Below are positions 36,785 to 50,403 of a DNA stretch of 64,000 nucleotides, piece after piece. The notes below the pieces were generated by a model. That model saw only the letters and a program-made list of their open reading frames with translations, was not told the origin of the DNA and made no database searches. Source of the stretch: Paraspadella gotoi (Eukaryota > Animalia > Chaetognatha). Location of the stretch: the NCBI GenBank assembly GCA_051294375.1, contig CM119268.1:9061187-9125186 (forward strand). Reading direction: 5' to 3'. A program made the translations under genes and the position numbers. The stretch's first letter is position 1, and every line of letters begins with the position of its first letter.

Positions 36785-37175
36785 CAGAGACAGTTGAGTT
36801 TAGTTTGACAACGATTTTTATTTAATTCAAAAACAGACATGTTTCGGCTTCAATTTCAAGCTTTCATACAGCTTTAGTGAACTTTGAAAATATTTTTGTG
36901 TAAAGGAAGAGAGAAAGAGAGATAAACAGAGAGAGAGAGAGAGAGGCAAAATTTCCAACACAGAGTTTAGAAAGGACAGTGGTCAATTGGTGAGGAGAGG
37001 CTGAGTTGAGAAAAGACAGAGTAAGTTGTGAAAAGAAGTGAAATGGTGAAAAGAGGGGGGGGTGAGGAGAGAGGAAGAGAGAGAGAGGAGAAAACAGTGC
37101 AAAATCTTTACATTGTGTAATGTATAACAATAAGAAAAAATTAAACTGATGGCAATATTAGTGAAATATAACAAT
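36785..37175 (-). mobile_element. Solo Penelope-like pseudo-LTR (diverged relative of 2700-3035)
   Basis: The reverse complement shares ccatttcacttcttttca..acttactct, the hammerhead core, AATAAA (36822-36817) and atcgttgtcaaa with the 2.9 and 13.1 kb copies. Confidence 0.7.
36830..36876 (-). ncRNA. Minimal type I hammerhead ribozyme motif
   Basis: Minus strand reads taaag CTG(t)ATGA AAGCTT gaaattg AAGCC GAAACATGTC; GTC cleavage triplet intact, one extra T in the core. Confidence 0.7.
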
Positions 37176-37576
37176 TAATGCTACTTAATAATTAGTGAGA
37201 ATGAAACAGAAATTGAAATTGAAAAGGACTCTCTCTCTCTCTCTCTCCTATTTTTTTCTGTTTCCGTTCTCTTTCTCTTTCCGGTTCAACCCTTCACAAC
37301 AGATTTTTTTAAAAATTTTTATGTTTATTTTTTTTTCCTTCGTAAATTTTTCTTTTCTAGTTAATACTGTATTTATTAATTTTTTCCTCGTCTTTCTCCA
37401 CCTCATTCCTTCGGCCGTTTCCTTTCCTTTCCATTCCCTTTCTTTCCTCTCTCTCTATTCCCCCCTCCCATCTCATCCTCCCCCCATCGTCTCCCTCTCC
37501 ATCGTTTTGCCGACGTTTTTAGGTAATTGGTTTATCTCGGAATGCAGTCCGCAAATGGATCGTCGTCTTGGGCGTG

Positions 37577-37624
<48 letters not shown>

Positions 37625-37663
37625 AGTTAATGAAGGGAGATGTGGATAAGGCGCTAAGTGGGG

Positions 37664-37923
37664 CTGAAGAGTGCTATCCGCAACTTCTTTAACCCCCTTT
37701 AGCAGCCATGGAACGGGTCCTGGGCTTGGAACCAGACTTGAGGGTTTTTCAAAACCCCTCAAGGCGGCTTACGGCCGTCCTCACGCTTCCCGCAGGGTAG
37801 GTACCGGGTTGGGATTGAACCCAGTACCTAGTGGTCATGAGCTGATTTACTAAATGAGCCACCGGGTCACAACTGAAGGTGTCATGCTTATAGGAGGGGT
37901 GAACCAAGGCAGTGCCCGACTAC
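37664..37923 (-). mobile_element. tRNA-headed SINE-like element / Pol III RNA, copy B
   Basis: Minus strand gacccggTGGCTCATTTAGtaa...GGTTCAATCCC, with hairpins aggtactgggtt/aacccggtacct and cttgaggg/ccctcaag. Confidence 0.7.
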
Positions 37924-38689
37924 AGAGTGGAAGAGAAGTCGAGAAGGGGGAGGAGATGAAGAGAAGATGAGTTGAGATGAGTTGCGAAGATTAGATGAGA
38001 TAAAGAGATAATAATGACATATGATATCTAATATGAAAATTTGCAAATTACTTGTTATCTTATTAGAAACCTAGGGCAGGAAGTAACTTTTAACCTTGAT
38101 GATCCCTCTATTATAAAAGAACATAACATAACATAAAGAACAAACGTAAGAAAGATTATAAAAGAATTGATAATTAAATCTAATACATATTGAAATATAT
38201 CAAACTTTCATTCATTCATTTAAAAATTTAATGTTATTTAGTCTAATATTGTAAAACGAGTAATCTTGCAATTTTTCATATAAGAAGAGAAGATGGTAAG
38301 CGAAAGAGGCCGAAATGAGTAGTTGAAAAAATGAGAAGATGAGTAAAAGAGATGATGAGCGGACCAGACGGGAAATGAAGAGTTGAAGATGAAGAAATAA
38401 TGGAAATGAGGAGATGAGAAATTGAGGTGATTCAGACCAATAAACAGGATAAGCTGGGTCTCATTGGGTGAGGACGTCCAGGGATAATTAAATAAATATT
38501 CTTATGATATTATTATGTTATAATATTAAACGAATTGTTTAGACTTGTTGAGTGATCAATCGATATTATAATGACTCAGAGAACCCGAGACGAGTTAGCA
38601 TATATCAGAAAATTATTTCGTATTTAACTTATTTCTTGTTTTATAACATTTCATATCGACGACTCTCCCCGCGATCTAATTTTTCTTAA

Positions 38690-38860
38690 CCTTCCTTTCG
38701 TTCTCCGTATAAGTCGTCTTCAACCACGTGAGCGTCGTCGTCGTCGTTGTCGTCGTCGTTGTCGTCTCACGTTTCTTCCTGCGATGAGTTTCGGGTGATA
38801 TCACGTTATCCTTTAACCACGTCTCCACCTTCTCTGCCCCCTCCAAAAGAAGGCATTTGA
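38690..38860 (-). CDS. Possible Asp-rich exon (..DDNDDDDAHVVEDDLYGERKE)
   Basis: GC-rich island with a GAAG|GTTAAG donor; same composition as the other minus-strand exons. Confidence 0.35.
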
Positions 38861-39283
38861 GGAGCGAAGAAATAAAAGAGAAGAGAGAAAAAGAAAAGCA
38901 AAGGAGGTTTAAAAAGAGTAGAAAAGGATGAAAGAAAAGAGAGAAAAAAGAAAAGCAAATTTCTAATTTTCTTTATCTTTTAGGTTTTCAATTTTCGACG
39001 CCATTTTTTCTTCTTTTTTTTTTTACCTTTTTAATTTTGCTCTTCGTTGCGACAAAGTCGATAATTTTAGCCGGCTTCCTCTTATTGACTTCGCATAATT
39101 ACCGCGCATCATTGCATTATTCGGCATGCCATGCATTGCATTCCTTGCTACTATTTATCTCTTTGCTTTTAGAACCAAATTTTTTTTTTTCAATCCCGCT
39201 TCCATTTTCTTTCATTTTTTTTCGTCCTGAACTTTTTCGAAATTCGCCTCGCGTTTTTTATTGACTGTATCTCTCTTCTCTCT

Positions 39284-39317
<34 letters not shown>

Positions 39318-39747
39318 CTCTCTCTCTCTCCTCTCTCTTCTCTCTCTCTCTCTCTCTCTCGGTCTCTCTCTCTCTTCTCTCTCTCTCTCTCTGCTCTCTC
39401 TCTCCTCTCTCTCTCTCTTCTCTTTCAATTATCTCCCGGTTTCTTTCTATTTTCTTCTTTCCAAAACGAGACTGGCGCATTTTTTATTTATTTTTTTAGT
39501 CCGGATTTAGTAAGAAAAAAATTTTCTACTTTTTCTTTCTCTCTTTTTTTTTCAATATTTTTATTCTCTTTTTTTTTTTTTTTCGTCGTTTTCTTTTTCC
39601 AATTTTTTTCCTCATTTTCTGGCAGAAATAAAATGATTCGCTCGAAATTCGGAAACTCATTTAACTTTAATCAAGAAAATCGTCAAAAAAAAAAATGAGG
39701 AGAAAGGAGAAAGATGGAGGAAAAAAACTCGTCTCATCCGTCTCTCT

Positions 39748-39808
<61 letters not shown>

Positions 39809-39962
39809 CTTGAAGTTCCCTTCATGATTTTGAATGAAATTAAGAATGAGGATTGAAAGTCCGAAGAAAAAAAAAGGAGAGAAAACTGTCGACCTGAATA
39901 TAAATCCTTCGTAATTTGTTGCTTTTACTCTCCATTTCGGTCATGACCCCAGGAAACCGGAC

Positions 39963-40003
<41 letters not shown>

Positions 40004-41525
40004 CATCTCTCTCTCTCTTCTCTCTCTCCTCTCCTCTCTCCTTTTTTTTCCTTTTCTCCTTTTCTTTTAATTCCTCCCTTTCCTTTCTTCTTTTCCCTTC
40101 TCTTTCTCCATCATTCTTAAATCAAAACTTAAAATTTAATCAAAATCTTTGATTCCTTTTTTCTTTCATTTTTCGAATTTACAATTGACGCAATTAAATA
40201 TGGGGAAATCAAGGTAAGATAATTTTAGACTGTTTTAAATTTGTCCGTTTGTTTTCTTCAAATCGTACTAATATTGTATTACCGAATTAAGTTGATCTTT
40301 AACTTTAAGTTTTAACTATCGGTGGCCGTGACGTTCTTATAAGGTAACCCGCGCCATCTGCCATGCAATCATTGCAGCTTTCAAGGCGGTTTTTTTTTTT
40401 CGTTTGATCAGAGCAGAATTTCGAATCATGCTATGGGACGGGTAATGTATAATGTATAATATATAATGTGTACAATTGAACCGTGGACCTCGCTGCCGAT
40501 GGCGATGGAACGAAAGTGTCTCAGCGCCAAAGTGAAAACGGAATGGAATAAAGAAGGCGAGCGGCGAAAGAGTAGGACGGCGCCTTTGGGAAAGGNNNNN
40601 NNNNNNNNNNNNNNNNNNNNNNNNNNNNNNNNNNNNNNNNNNNNNNNNNNNNNNNNNNNNNNNNNNNNNNNNNNNNNNNNNNNNNNNNNNNNNNNNNNNN
40701 NNNNNNNNNNNNNNCTACTCCATCCTCTAATCGTCTCACTCTCTCTCGGATATAAAAAAGTCCTCTACTTGATTCTTTTCCCGTTCGATAAAAAACGGGG
40801 TGAGATTTCCGTCCTCTTAACTCTCATCTCCTCTCTCTCTCTTCGTCTCTCTTCTCGTCTCGTCTCATCTCTCCTCGAAGAGAGAGAGAGAGAGAGAGAG
40901 AGAGTGAAAAGCGAGACAGAGAGAGAGATAGACGGAGACAGAGAGCAAATGCGTTTTATGTGGAGACGAGAGAATGAAAAGAGGCGAGAAGGAAAAGATC
41001 ACTTTCTCAAAGGGATTCGATCAACCAGAGTGAAGGAGTTCAATCCAAGCGACTCTCTGAGACAATCTCCATTTAAATCCGGGGGTGCGACATTCACAAA
41101 CAGTTTTCATTTACATCCGGAGTTTTGATTTAATAGATGAACCTAAGTTACATCCGGGGATTAGGATTCTACTTGGGGTCTTCATTTACATTCGAGGTGG
41201 TGAAATCAACCGAGTCTTCATTAGCATACGGGATTCGAACAACTTTGGTTACGTACGGGGATTTGGTTTTCTCAGACTATCTCAATCCCAAATCTCCGTC
41301 ACGCCATTTGAATGATTGAAGTCGTCTTTTCCCATTCAATTCCGTCAATTCACGATTTAACTTCAGTTCGTCGATTTCCATTTTGGACGAGAGAAGCGAA
41401 TCCAATATAACCATCGCTGCCTTCCTTCTTGCGGTCCGGAGCAATTTTAAGGGTGAAGTGACGAGAGAACGTCGTTGTTCCAAACGGCGCTCCTTTTTTT
41501 TTATTAAAACCGCTCTCTCTCTCTA

Positions 41526-41589
<64 letters not shown>

Positions 41590-42106
41590 CGCCCTGCCCA
41601 AATCACGCGCTTTGTGACTATTTCCTCGTAATCACGCCCTCGTGCCTCTTATTTTATTGCTTCTCTATTTTCTTTCTTTTTTTTTTTCTTCTTCTTTTTC
41701 TCTCTTATTTTTTTTTTTCACGTCATCGATCCATTTTTATCATCAACGGCGGCGGGGGCAGAGGGGCGGCGGCAGGCCGAGGGGGCACGGCGGCGCCCGA
41801 CCGGCTCTAGGGCGGCCACCGGTCTCGGCGCCGGCGGCTGTTAAGCGGCGCGGCGGCCGGGCCTTCGTTAAAAAACCGCCATTTGTAAACAATTGCCGCC
41901 TTGCCGCAAAAAGCCGCGAGGCGTTCAGTTTGTTTTTGTGTTTCTTTTTTTTCTTTCTTTTTTTTTCAGTTTTTTGTTGTTTTCCCCTTCCTAGGAGAGA
42001 GAGAAGAGGACAGACAGAGAGAATTGAGAGAGAGAGAGGAGAGAGAGAGAGAGAAAGAGAAAGAGAAAGAGAAGAGAGAGAGAGAGAGAGAGATGAGAAT
42101 AGAGAA

Positions 42107-42140
<34 letters not shown>

Positions 42141-42809
42141 CGAGAGAGAGAGGATGAGAGAGAGACTCTTGCAGGGCAACAAAGGGGGGGAGGGGTAGGC
42201 GGCGATGTTGTTGTTTGTTGATGGTTCTTTTGTTCTTTGTTGGTGGCGTGAGCCTCCGGACATCATCGTCGTCGTTGAGGTAGTCAGTGTTACTGGAGAT
42301 TTTTTTTTGGCCGCTGGGTGTCGCTGCTAATGATGATTGGGCGTCGGTCGTCGTCCGTCGTCGTTTTCGTCGTCGAAGTTGTCGTATTTTAAAGCTAGAA
42401 TTTGGATTATACGTTAAAATGCCTCTATATCTTTAGTTAATCTCGACTCTAATCCTTTTTACTCGGTAAGAAATTCAAGTTGAATAAGCCTTATTACGTC
42501 ATGGTCCTATAAAATGGAAAGTCAAACGTTCTTCCGAAGTGTCCCACTACGGCACAGCGGTGTACTCGCGTTAAAAATAGTTATCATCTTAATTAGTTTC
42601 CTTTATCAAACTAACATTAGGTCAAACATACCTGCAGAAATATATAACATAGATCCTGACATCAACTAAAAAAATTCGCCTCCGAAAAAATAGAACCAGA
42701 AAAAAAACCAGAAAACGGAATCTGAGAGCGAAATGGAAAACATGAGTCTTACAAACTTTTTCTAATTTCCTTCTTTTTCCGATATATTGGGGTTTTTTTT
42801 CTAGCGGAA

Positions 42810-42861
<52 letters not shown>

Positions 42862-45800
42862 AGTTATCGGAATCAGGTTTTTAGCATCGATCGGAAAACC
42901 AATCATTTTGACCGCCGGTTTGGCGATATATATTAAAATATGATTAGATCCCTGAGCTTAGAAAACATAAACATAAACAAACAAACTCTCGCACGAGATA
43001 GAACATGCGATCCAGATATAACCGATAATCGTCTGAATGCGCGAGCGACGCGGTTCCCGAAGCCAACGATATGTATCTTTATCCCCCGTTCAAGCGTCAC
43101 TTTATGACGTTTGCCATTCGAATTGTGTTTGTCTCCCCGTTGGCGTGGTGCCAATGTTTCTGCACTCGCGTCACATATTCGCCCCGTGACGACGATGATA
43201 AAGACGATGACGATGACGGCATCAACTACTTTAAAAAAAAAGAGCATTCACTGGTTGGTAAGTTGTGTCTGAACAGATACATGTATTTTTTAAGTAAAAT
43301 TGGCATGGCCAGTTATGTCGAGGCTAAGCCGACGACGACGACGATAACGATGACGACGACGACGACGACGCAGATATGCTATTGGTTTATCGATTTTTAG
43401 TCGTCGGGTCTTCCTTTATCATTCATAAACCGTCGGTTTACTTATTCACAGCGGCTTCGCCATTTCGATAGGATGATGCTTCATATAATTTTTCGGCTAC
43501 AGGGCCATATAATTTTGCTTTCTAGTAGAATTTATTCTTGAACGCAACCGCCACGCAAATAAATCCAAAGTGTTTTACGTTGCATCTCTTTGAAGTGCGA
43601 AAGCTTTGTCGGCGGTTTAGGATTCTGAACGGCTGATCACTGTTTTTAAATAATTTTGCTGGATTTGGTGGAAGCACTGAACAGTCGGCCTTTACAATCT
43701 TGACTCTTGATATATTCCTAACTTACGGCTCTTTCAAAGGTATAGAGAGTTTAATCCTTAAATCTGAATCGATAAATATCGCATTTGCTGTAGTATTTAT
43801 CGACTAATTTCGTTGAAGAAAGAATAGATCGGATAAAATGTTAAATTGTTAAGAATACATCAATCAACTGCCACATCGGCGCGTCACTGCATTGACTAAG
43901 CCGAAAAATACGATCGCTTTGAACGCGCGTGCTTTATAATCGAGCATTGCAGTAGATAGTTCATTGTGTAGATTGGTTTGAATGGAGTGTCTAGAAGTGG
44001 TATGTACTCAGGCATCTGTTCTGCAGAATTAATCAACCGGGCGGTGATGCTATCGGAATTAGGTCTGAAACGATGTCATCGAGCGAGTAATTTGGGCTGT
44101 TTGGAAATCTCCTCTCGCCTCAGCACGTGTTGTGGCATTCCCAGGTGTCAGTCGTCGGAGCGCCATTACGGTCTGCTACGGGTGCGCTCAGATGCGCGGG
44201 ACGGAGTTCATGCGCGCTGGGTCTCTGTCTCGGCTGAGTTCTGCTTCGGTCTTCGTTCTTGTCGCTTCATCTGTGAGGCGGTCTGCTCTCTCCTCCCTCG
44301 TCTCGTTTCTGGTCCGTCCCTCGTGCGGTGGTCGCTCATGGATTACATCTCGATCATCTCTCTGCTCGAATGAATTACGGATGGTTTCGGTATCGCTCCG
44401 GTGTGCCGACTGTTGCGTGGCCTTTCCACAGACTATTATCATTTCCGATTCCTTCTCATCCCATGTTCATTCTTGGACTACATCGCACTGTTTAGTGCAC
44501 TTCTTCCTCTTTTTTTGTGCCGGGCCCCTAGAAACAGGTGACTGCAATTGCCTTCGCTTTTTTTTAGTTTGCCTGTCTCATTGTCAGTTGTCCGCATGTG
44601 CGTTATTTGGCTTGTTCGCTCGTCCTTGTCGTCTGGCGTCTCTTTTTTTTTGTTGCTTTGTTCCTATCCCACGCTGGGCGGAGAATCGAAGGTGTGGCTT
44701 CTCTTGTTGTTTCCTTGTTCCATCGCTTGCTCGGATGGTTGCCGGGCTCCGATTGTGGCTGAATCGACGTCAGGCTCGGCTTGCTTTTCATTACACGCTT
44801 TTTTTTTTATTAGCGAAGAGTCGCAGGTCGAGCGTGAGCTTATTTTACTATCTCGATTTCGATTGTTGCCGGACGTGCGCCCCTAGGAGCCTCTCTAAAC
44901 GCATTTGTGTTTCCGCTCCCTCTTTGCTTGTCTTCATTCGCAATATGACTCTTCCTCTGCTTACTGATTCGGTTTACGTATTTCGCATTTTGCTTCTTCG
45001 TGCGCACTCTCTCTTCTCCGCGTCTGCTCGTCTCTCTTCTCAGTCTAACTGCGTCTGCTCCTCCCATCGTCTCTCTCTCTCTCATCTTGCTCTCTGCTCT
45101 CACTCTCTCCATCGATACCTCTCGGGCTGTCTCTGCTCCGTTCATCGTCACTTCTCCCTGCCGCCGCATCCCTTAAGTCTTCCCTGTTGGCATTCCATTC
45201 GATTTTCGCTTCTTCTTTCCTCTTTCTTTGTTTTTTTTCCACTGACGTTCATGTTCCTCGGAGCGCGCAAGAAAAGAGACTAAACCGTGTCGGACAGCTC
45301 TTTTCCTCAATTGGCTGCCGGGTTGTGGGCGCTCAATGTACAGAGAGCATCTTCAGTATCTTCATTATCTGCTGTATTTTCAGTAAAGGATAGCGAAGCA
45401 TAGTACGTATAGTTTTGTGTTTATTCTTCCGTGCATTATCGAAAATCTTACGCATTAGATGAAAAAATGCTGTACAGGAGTTTTTTTCAGCAATCAGGCC
45501 CTTAAGTTGGAAATTCTTGCTCAACTCCTCCGCCGTTTGCGGCATCGGCGGCATCTGCAGCATTGAAGCTCGGCCTTAGCGTCGCTACGCCCGTCGCTTT
45601 TTCTCCTCGCTCGGCTAATCGTTCTCGTTAGCGTTAATGTCTCTGACTCAGCGCCACCATTATCGAACGACGTTTGCGTCATCCGAAGTCTTTGACGTGA
45701 CGAGGACGTGACGAGGATTTCGTCTCAAAAGCGCCATCCACGTGGCGCAGATATCGCGTCTCATCTACGTCACTGCGTCTTTGACGCTTTTTTTTTCGGA

Positions 45801-47399
45801 TGCTGGGTTTAGGACTTCGGCCTAAATCACCGACTGCAACGACCGGTCAAGACCGGCGGTTATGGTCGCGCTTGATTGAGGAGCGCACAAGGTTTTGCTG
45901 TCTGGTGTTTCTGTTTATTCGACGGGCTGCTCATGCATGCTCTCTGCTGCTCTCCATTTCCATCAATTACGGGTCTCTTCTATCTCTGTCATTCGTCCTC
46001 TCGCATCTCTCTGCTCTCTCGTTCTTTCGAGTCTCTGATCCGGGCCTTCTCTGTCCTCTCGTGTTCTCATGCGTCTCTACTCTTCTTCGTCNNNNNNNNN
46101 NNNNNNNNNNNNNNNNNNNNNNNNNNNNNNNNNNNNNNNNNNNNNNNNNNNNNNNNNNNNNNNNNNNNNNNNNNNNNNNNNNNNNNNNNNNNNNNNNNNN
46201 NNNNNNNNNNNNNNNNNNNNNNNNNNNNNNNNNNNNNNNNNNNNNNNNNNNNNNNNNNNNNNNNNNNNNNNNNNNNNNNNNNNNNNNNNNNNNNNNNNNN
46301 NNNNNNNNNNNNNNNNNNNNNNNNNNNNNNNNNNNNNNNNNNNNNNNNNNNNNNNNNNNNNNNNNNNNNNNNNNNNNNNNNNNNNNNNNNNNNNNNNNNN
46401 NNNNNNNNNNNNNNNAATTTCTTTTCTTTCATAATTCATCCTCGTAGTTTTTCTTCGATCTTTCGTCATAATTCGCCGTTTCCTTTTTCTCCTTCGTTTT
46501 CCTGTTTTTCTTTTTTTATCCTCCTTTTTTTCCCTTTTTTTATTCCTTTTTATCTTCGATTCGGTTTTCCTTTTCAAAAAGTTGGAAAAGGCGCGAGCCT
46601 TCCGCGCCCTCTCTCCTTCTTCCAACGAAACAAGGGAGAAGAGGGGTAAGTGAGAAGAAGAACAAAAAAGTAAGTTTAAAGTGTTGAAGGGGTGAAAAGA
46701 TAAAAAAAAGAAGGGAAATATATAAAAAGGGAGGAAAGAAAAAAAGAGGACAACCTAGGGAAGAAAATGAATTTTTCCTCGCAAAAAAGAGGAAAATGGC
46801 GGCGAAGGAGAGAAAGAGTTCCCCCCCCCACTTGTCCCCCCCTCTGCCTCTTTTTTTTTTCTTTCTGCGACGAGCGAGCGAAGGGTCCATCATTTTCTTC
46901 TCGAAATTGGATCCCAAAAAACTACAACGAGTCCCCGATGGGTTTCGGTTCCAAAGAGAAAAGGAAGAAAACGCTCTCTCTCTCTATCTCTCTATCTCTA
47001 TCTCTCTCTATCTTTCTTTCTTTCTCTCTCTCTCTCTCTCTCTCTCATTCTCTCCTGTCCTCTACCTCTCTTTCCTTTCTTACTTTCCTCTCTCTCTCTC
47101 TCCCGTCTCTCTCTCTCTCTTTCCTCTCTCTCCTCGCTTTCATCTCGTCTGCTCTTCTCTCTATCGGTCTCTTCTCTTTTCTCTTTCAGTCTTCTCTCGT
47201 CTCATTCTTCCTCTCTCGCTCTCTCTCATCCTCTGCCTCTTTGAACGCAACGACATTTTTCCCTCAAATCCGCGCCATATGGCAAGCGATGCCATACGAC
47301 GCGCGTCGCCAGATGTCTCGAAAGTGCCGTTTCACAAGATCGACGGATGCCACCTGCAGAGTTTCGGCTTTCGGTTTTAAGAAACCGTTTCATTTCTAA

Positions 47400-48770
47400 A
47401 TCGTCGATTGAGCAAAATAAATTTCAATATATTACTTCTTTGACCGCTTCCAATTCATTCCCAACCAATATCATCAACCACAGGCTCTTCACATTCTCAT
47501 TGCCACTCCTTCTCCCCCCCACTGTCACACCAAGATGCCATCTCCTCTGCCATCCGTCTTATCTCCACAGAGGAGCCGTCAATTCTAGTATCCTTCCTTC
47601 TTTGGCGAGACTTCCTTTCGGCGAACTCTCTGGGGAGCGCGTTGTTGTAGTTGTTGTAGTTGTTGTCGTTGTCGTTGTCGTCGTAGTAACTGTTGCCATC
47701 GTCATTGGCGTCGTCGTTGTCGTTTTCGTCGTGTTCGTTGTTGTCTAAGCTTTCGTCATCAAAACTAATATCCTACCAATTTAATACTGTTTTTCATTTT
47801 ATATTTTCTTTTTATATCGATTATAAAAAAGAGCCTCTGTTGGCGGGACGCAGTGCAGAAGCCCGCCATCGGTGAGACGAGCTACAGGGTTTTTCCACGC
47901 GGTTGAGGTAAAGTCGAGAGTTTTGGAGACGCCAACATTAATGGATTCCGGGTGAGGTGAGGTGAGGAGGCCGATTGGGGTCGATGAAGACTCACCTTCC
48001 GGCGCCGTCGTTGTCTCCGTCGTCGTCGTAGTTGTCGTCGTCGTCGGGGTCATCGTCGTCATCGTCGTCATCGTCGTCCGTATTAACCGTGAGAGACAAA
48101 GAAGCAAGTGAGGGGAACGCCATAGGCATAGGCGCTATTATAAGCAAAGCATTAGCTAACTATGAAGTGTTTAAACGCCTTTTTGAAATTCTGCGCTTTA
48201 ACTAAAAAAGAAAAATACAGAGTAAGTAACTTGAAGTTTATTCTCGATGATTTTAAAGGACGAGAAAAAGTTTAAAAAAACATCCTTAGAGTAAAATGAA
48301 AAATGATCCGGCGACGCGTGACATTTGGTGAGAAATTTAAGGTTAAACATGTGAATTAAAATTACGATATTTCACTGAACATATCGTAATGAAATGGGGA
48401 GATTTTGAAGAAGAAAAAAATATCAATAAAATGAATCGAGAGACAATTTTTCAAATGTTTGATTTTTAATGACTCGCTCAAAAGTTTGAGAGAAAAAAAA
48501 AGTATAGTAAAGAATAATCGATGTTAAAGAAATAACGACATAAAATATAAAGAAAGAACGGAAACGCCCTCTTTCGTCGCTCGACGTTATTTTTCGCTTT
48601 TTCGGCGTCGTAATCTTTGACGTTTACGTCTCCTCGCCCGCGGTCGATGACGTCGTCGTCGTCGTCGTCGTCGTCGCTCGTCGTCGATGCTAGTACATTC
48701 TGATAGAATGACGCTGAAGAGTCCGGCGAGCCTCTTTCGTGAACCCGTCTCTCTGACAATACGCAATGCT
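47400..48770 (-). CDS. Fragmentary low-complexity (D/N/T-rich) exons of an unknown gene
   Basis: Open GC-rich frames at ~47.5-47.76, ~47.8-48.1 and ~48.55-48.77 kb; exon structure not resolved. Confidence 0.35.
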
Positions 48771-48775
48771 GAGAG

Positions 48776-48815
<40 letters not shown>

Positions 48816-49577
48816 TGGTATTAGTTTCCTTCCCTTGCTATTTGCTTGTCGTCATTCAGTGTATTTTTCACATCGTTGCCAGGTCGAAATCTCAAGAGTA
48901 TCATCTTCACAATAACACACACACGCAATAATGACTAAATTAAAAAACTGAACATCTAAAAGAAAACAATTCTGGCCCATGTGATAAAGCGAGAAGGACG
49001 CGCGGGTCGACGGGTTCAACGAACTGAAGACAGATAGACGGACTGACTGCAGGGTGGATTACCGCACTGACGGACAGACGAACTCACGAACAGACATACT
49101 GGACGGCAGGAAGAATTGTCACGCATTAATCGCGAAAATAATATTAAAAAACGAGATAAAATAAAAGGAGGAAAAAAGATAAATATAAAGGAAGAAGGGA
49201 GAGGGAAAAGGCGACGAGCAAATTGTGAATTGTGTTACGTTTTTTGTCGCGGGAAATCGAAGCGTCGGCAGTTTACAGGCAGTTTACAGGCAGTTTACAG
49301 GCGACTTTCACGGATGTGAGAGCGAGAGTGAGGAATGCGATCGGTGAGGCAGGGCAGTTGTCGAGGTGAGGACTTGTCGTCGGGCATTGCCTTTTAGGCC
49401 ATCAGCTTATAGCTATTACTATGTATTACTTGGTAGGGGATCGATAACCAAATGAACCTCCCTTACAGGAAAACTTTCCAATCCTCAGTTCCTTGCCTTG
49501 CTGCGCGATCGCTTTGACAAAAGAAGTTTCGTAAAGTAGGTGCCACTTGGGCACTTGTCCACTGACTCACGGATAAT

Positions 49578-50403
49578 ATGAAGAGGTGTATTTTAGAAAA
49601 TCTGTGGTTAAGAATTGAAAATGAATATAGGTTAACAAACGATTCTGTTAAGTGGCTACAAAAATACGAGAATTTTATTGATGTTCCTAATAGCTCGACT
49701 GTTTACAGGCGGGCGATCATAGCTACATACTACATAGAATTCAAAAGTCCCGAGAAAAAAAACAAGAAGAACTAATACGGTTTCGCGCTATTCGTTTTGT
49801 GTATCGACTGGCGGTCGGACTACGCGACGTGTTCGCGCTAATCGCAGTACAGGAGATCTTGGAAAAGAAAGGGAGTGGAAGATACGACGGGATTAATCCT
49901 TTTCCTTTCATTCGCGTCGGCGATTGAAAGACCCTTTGTTTATTCCCTCTTAACCGAAGGGAATTAATATTCATCGAAAAAAAATACCCGCGCGAAAGGG
50001 AAGTTGTGCGTGCGGCGAAAGGGGGGCGAGGAGGAAAGCAGGGGGAAGGGGATGAATGGAGTGGGTTGTGAGGGTTTCGTGGGTGGGAACTGAGGAACGG
50101 AAGAATTTTAAATATAAAGTTCTTATCGGATTACGTGGCGATTGTGCAAAAGGCGAGCTCATATGTGAAAAGACCGAAATTGCAGCGTTGATTAATGTAC
50201 TTAAATCTTGGGCCTTGACCTTTTTTAGCTCAGACACCGTCGGTGTAAAATTAACTGAGTGTATATTAAGCAACAATTCACTCTAATGTTGAACTATCCA
50301 GTATAGTTACGTAGTAGACGCCGTGATTTCCGCAATTAATGATGTAAAAAAACAACGAAAAAAACGATTGTTAACCGGGGAAAAAATAAAAAAAAAAATG
50401 TAG
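49578..50403 (+). CDS. Candidate intronless gene or pseudogene broken by frameshifts, unknown family
   Basis: MKRCILENLWLRIENEY..; a shift at an A8 run (~49755) extends the frame by ~55 codons (QEELIRFRAIRFVYRLAVGLRDVF..). A further normal-complexity ORF follows at 50056-50286. Confidence 0.4.

Noticed and set aside
44132-45283. 383-aa plus-strand ORF
   Set aside because: Lies in a T/C-skewed, apparently unpolished stretch where A-poor sequence lacks stops; the L/S/C/F/R-rich product is not protein-like.
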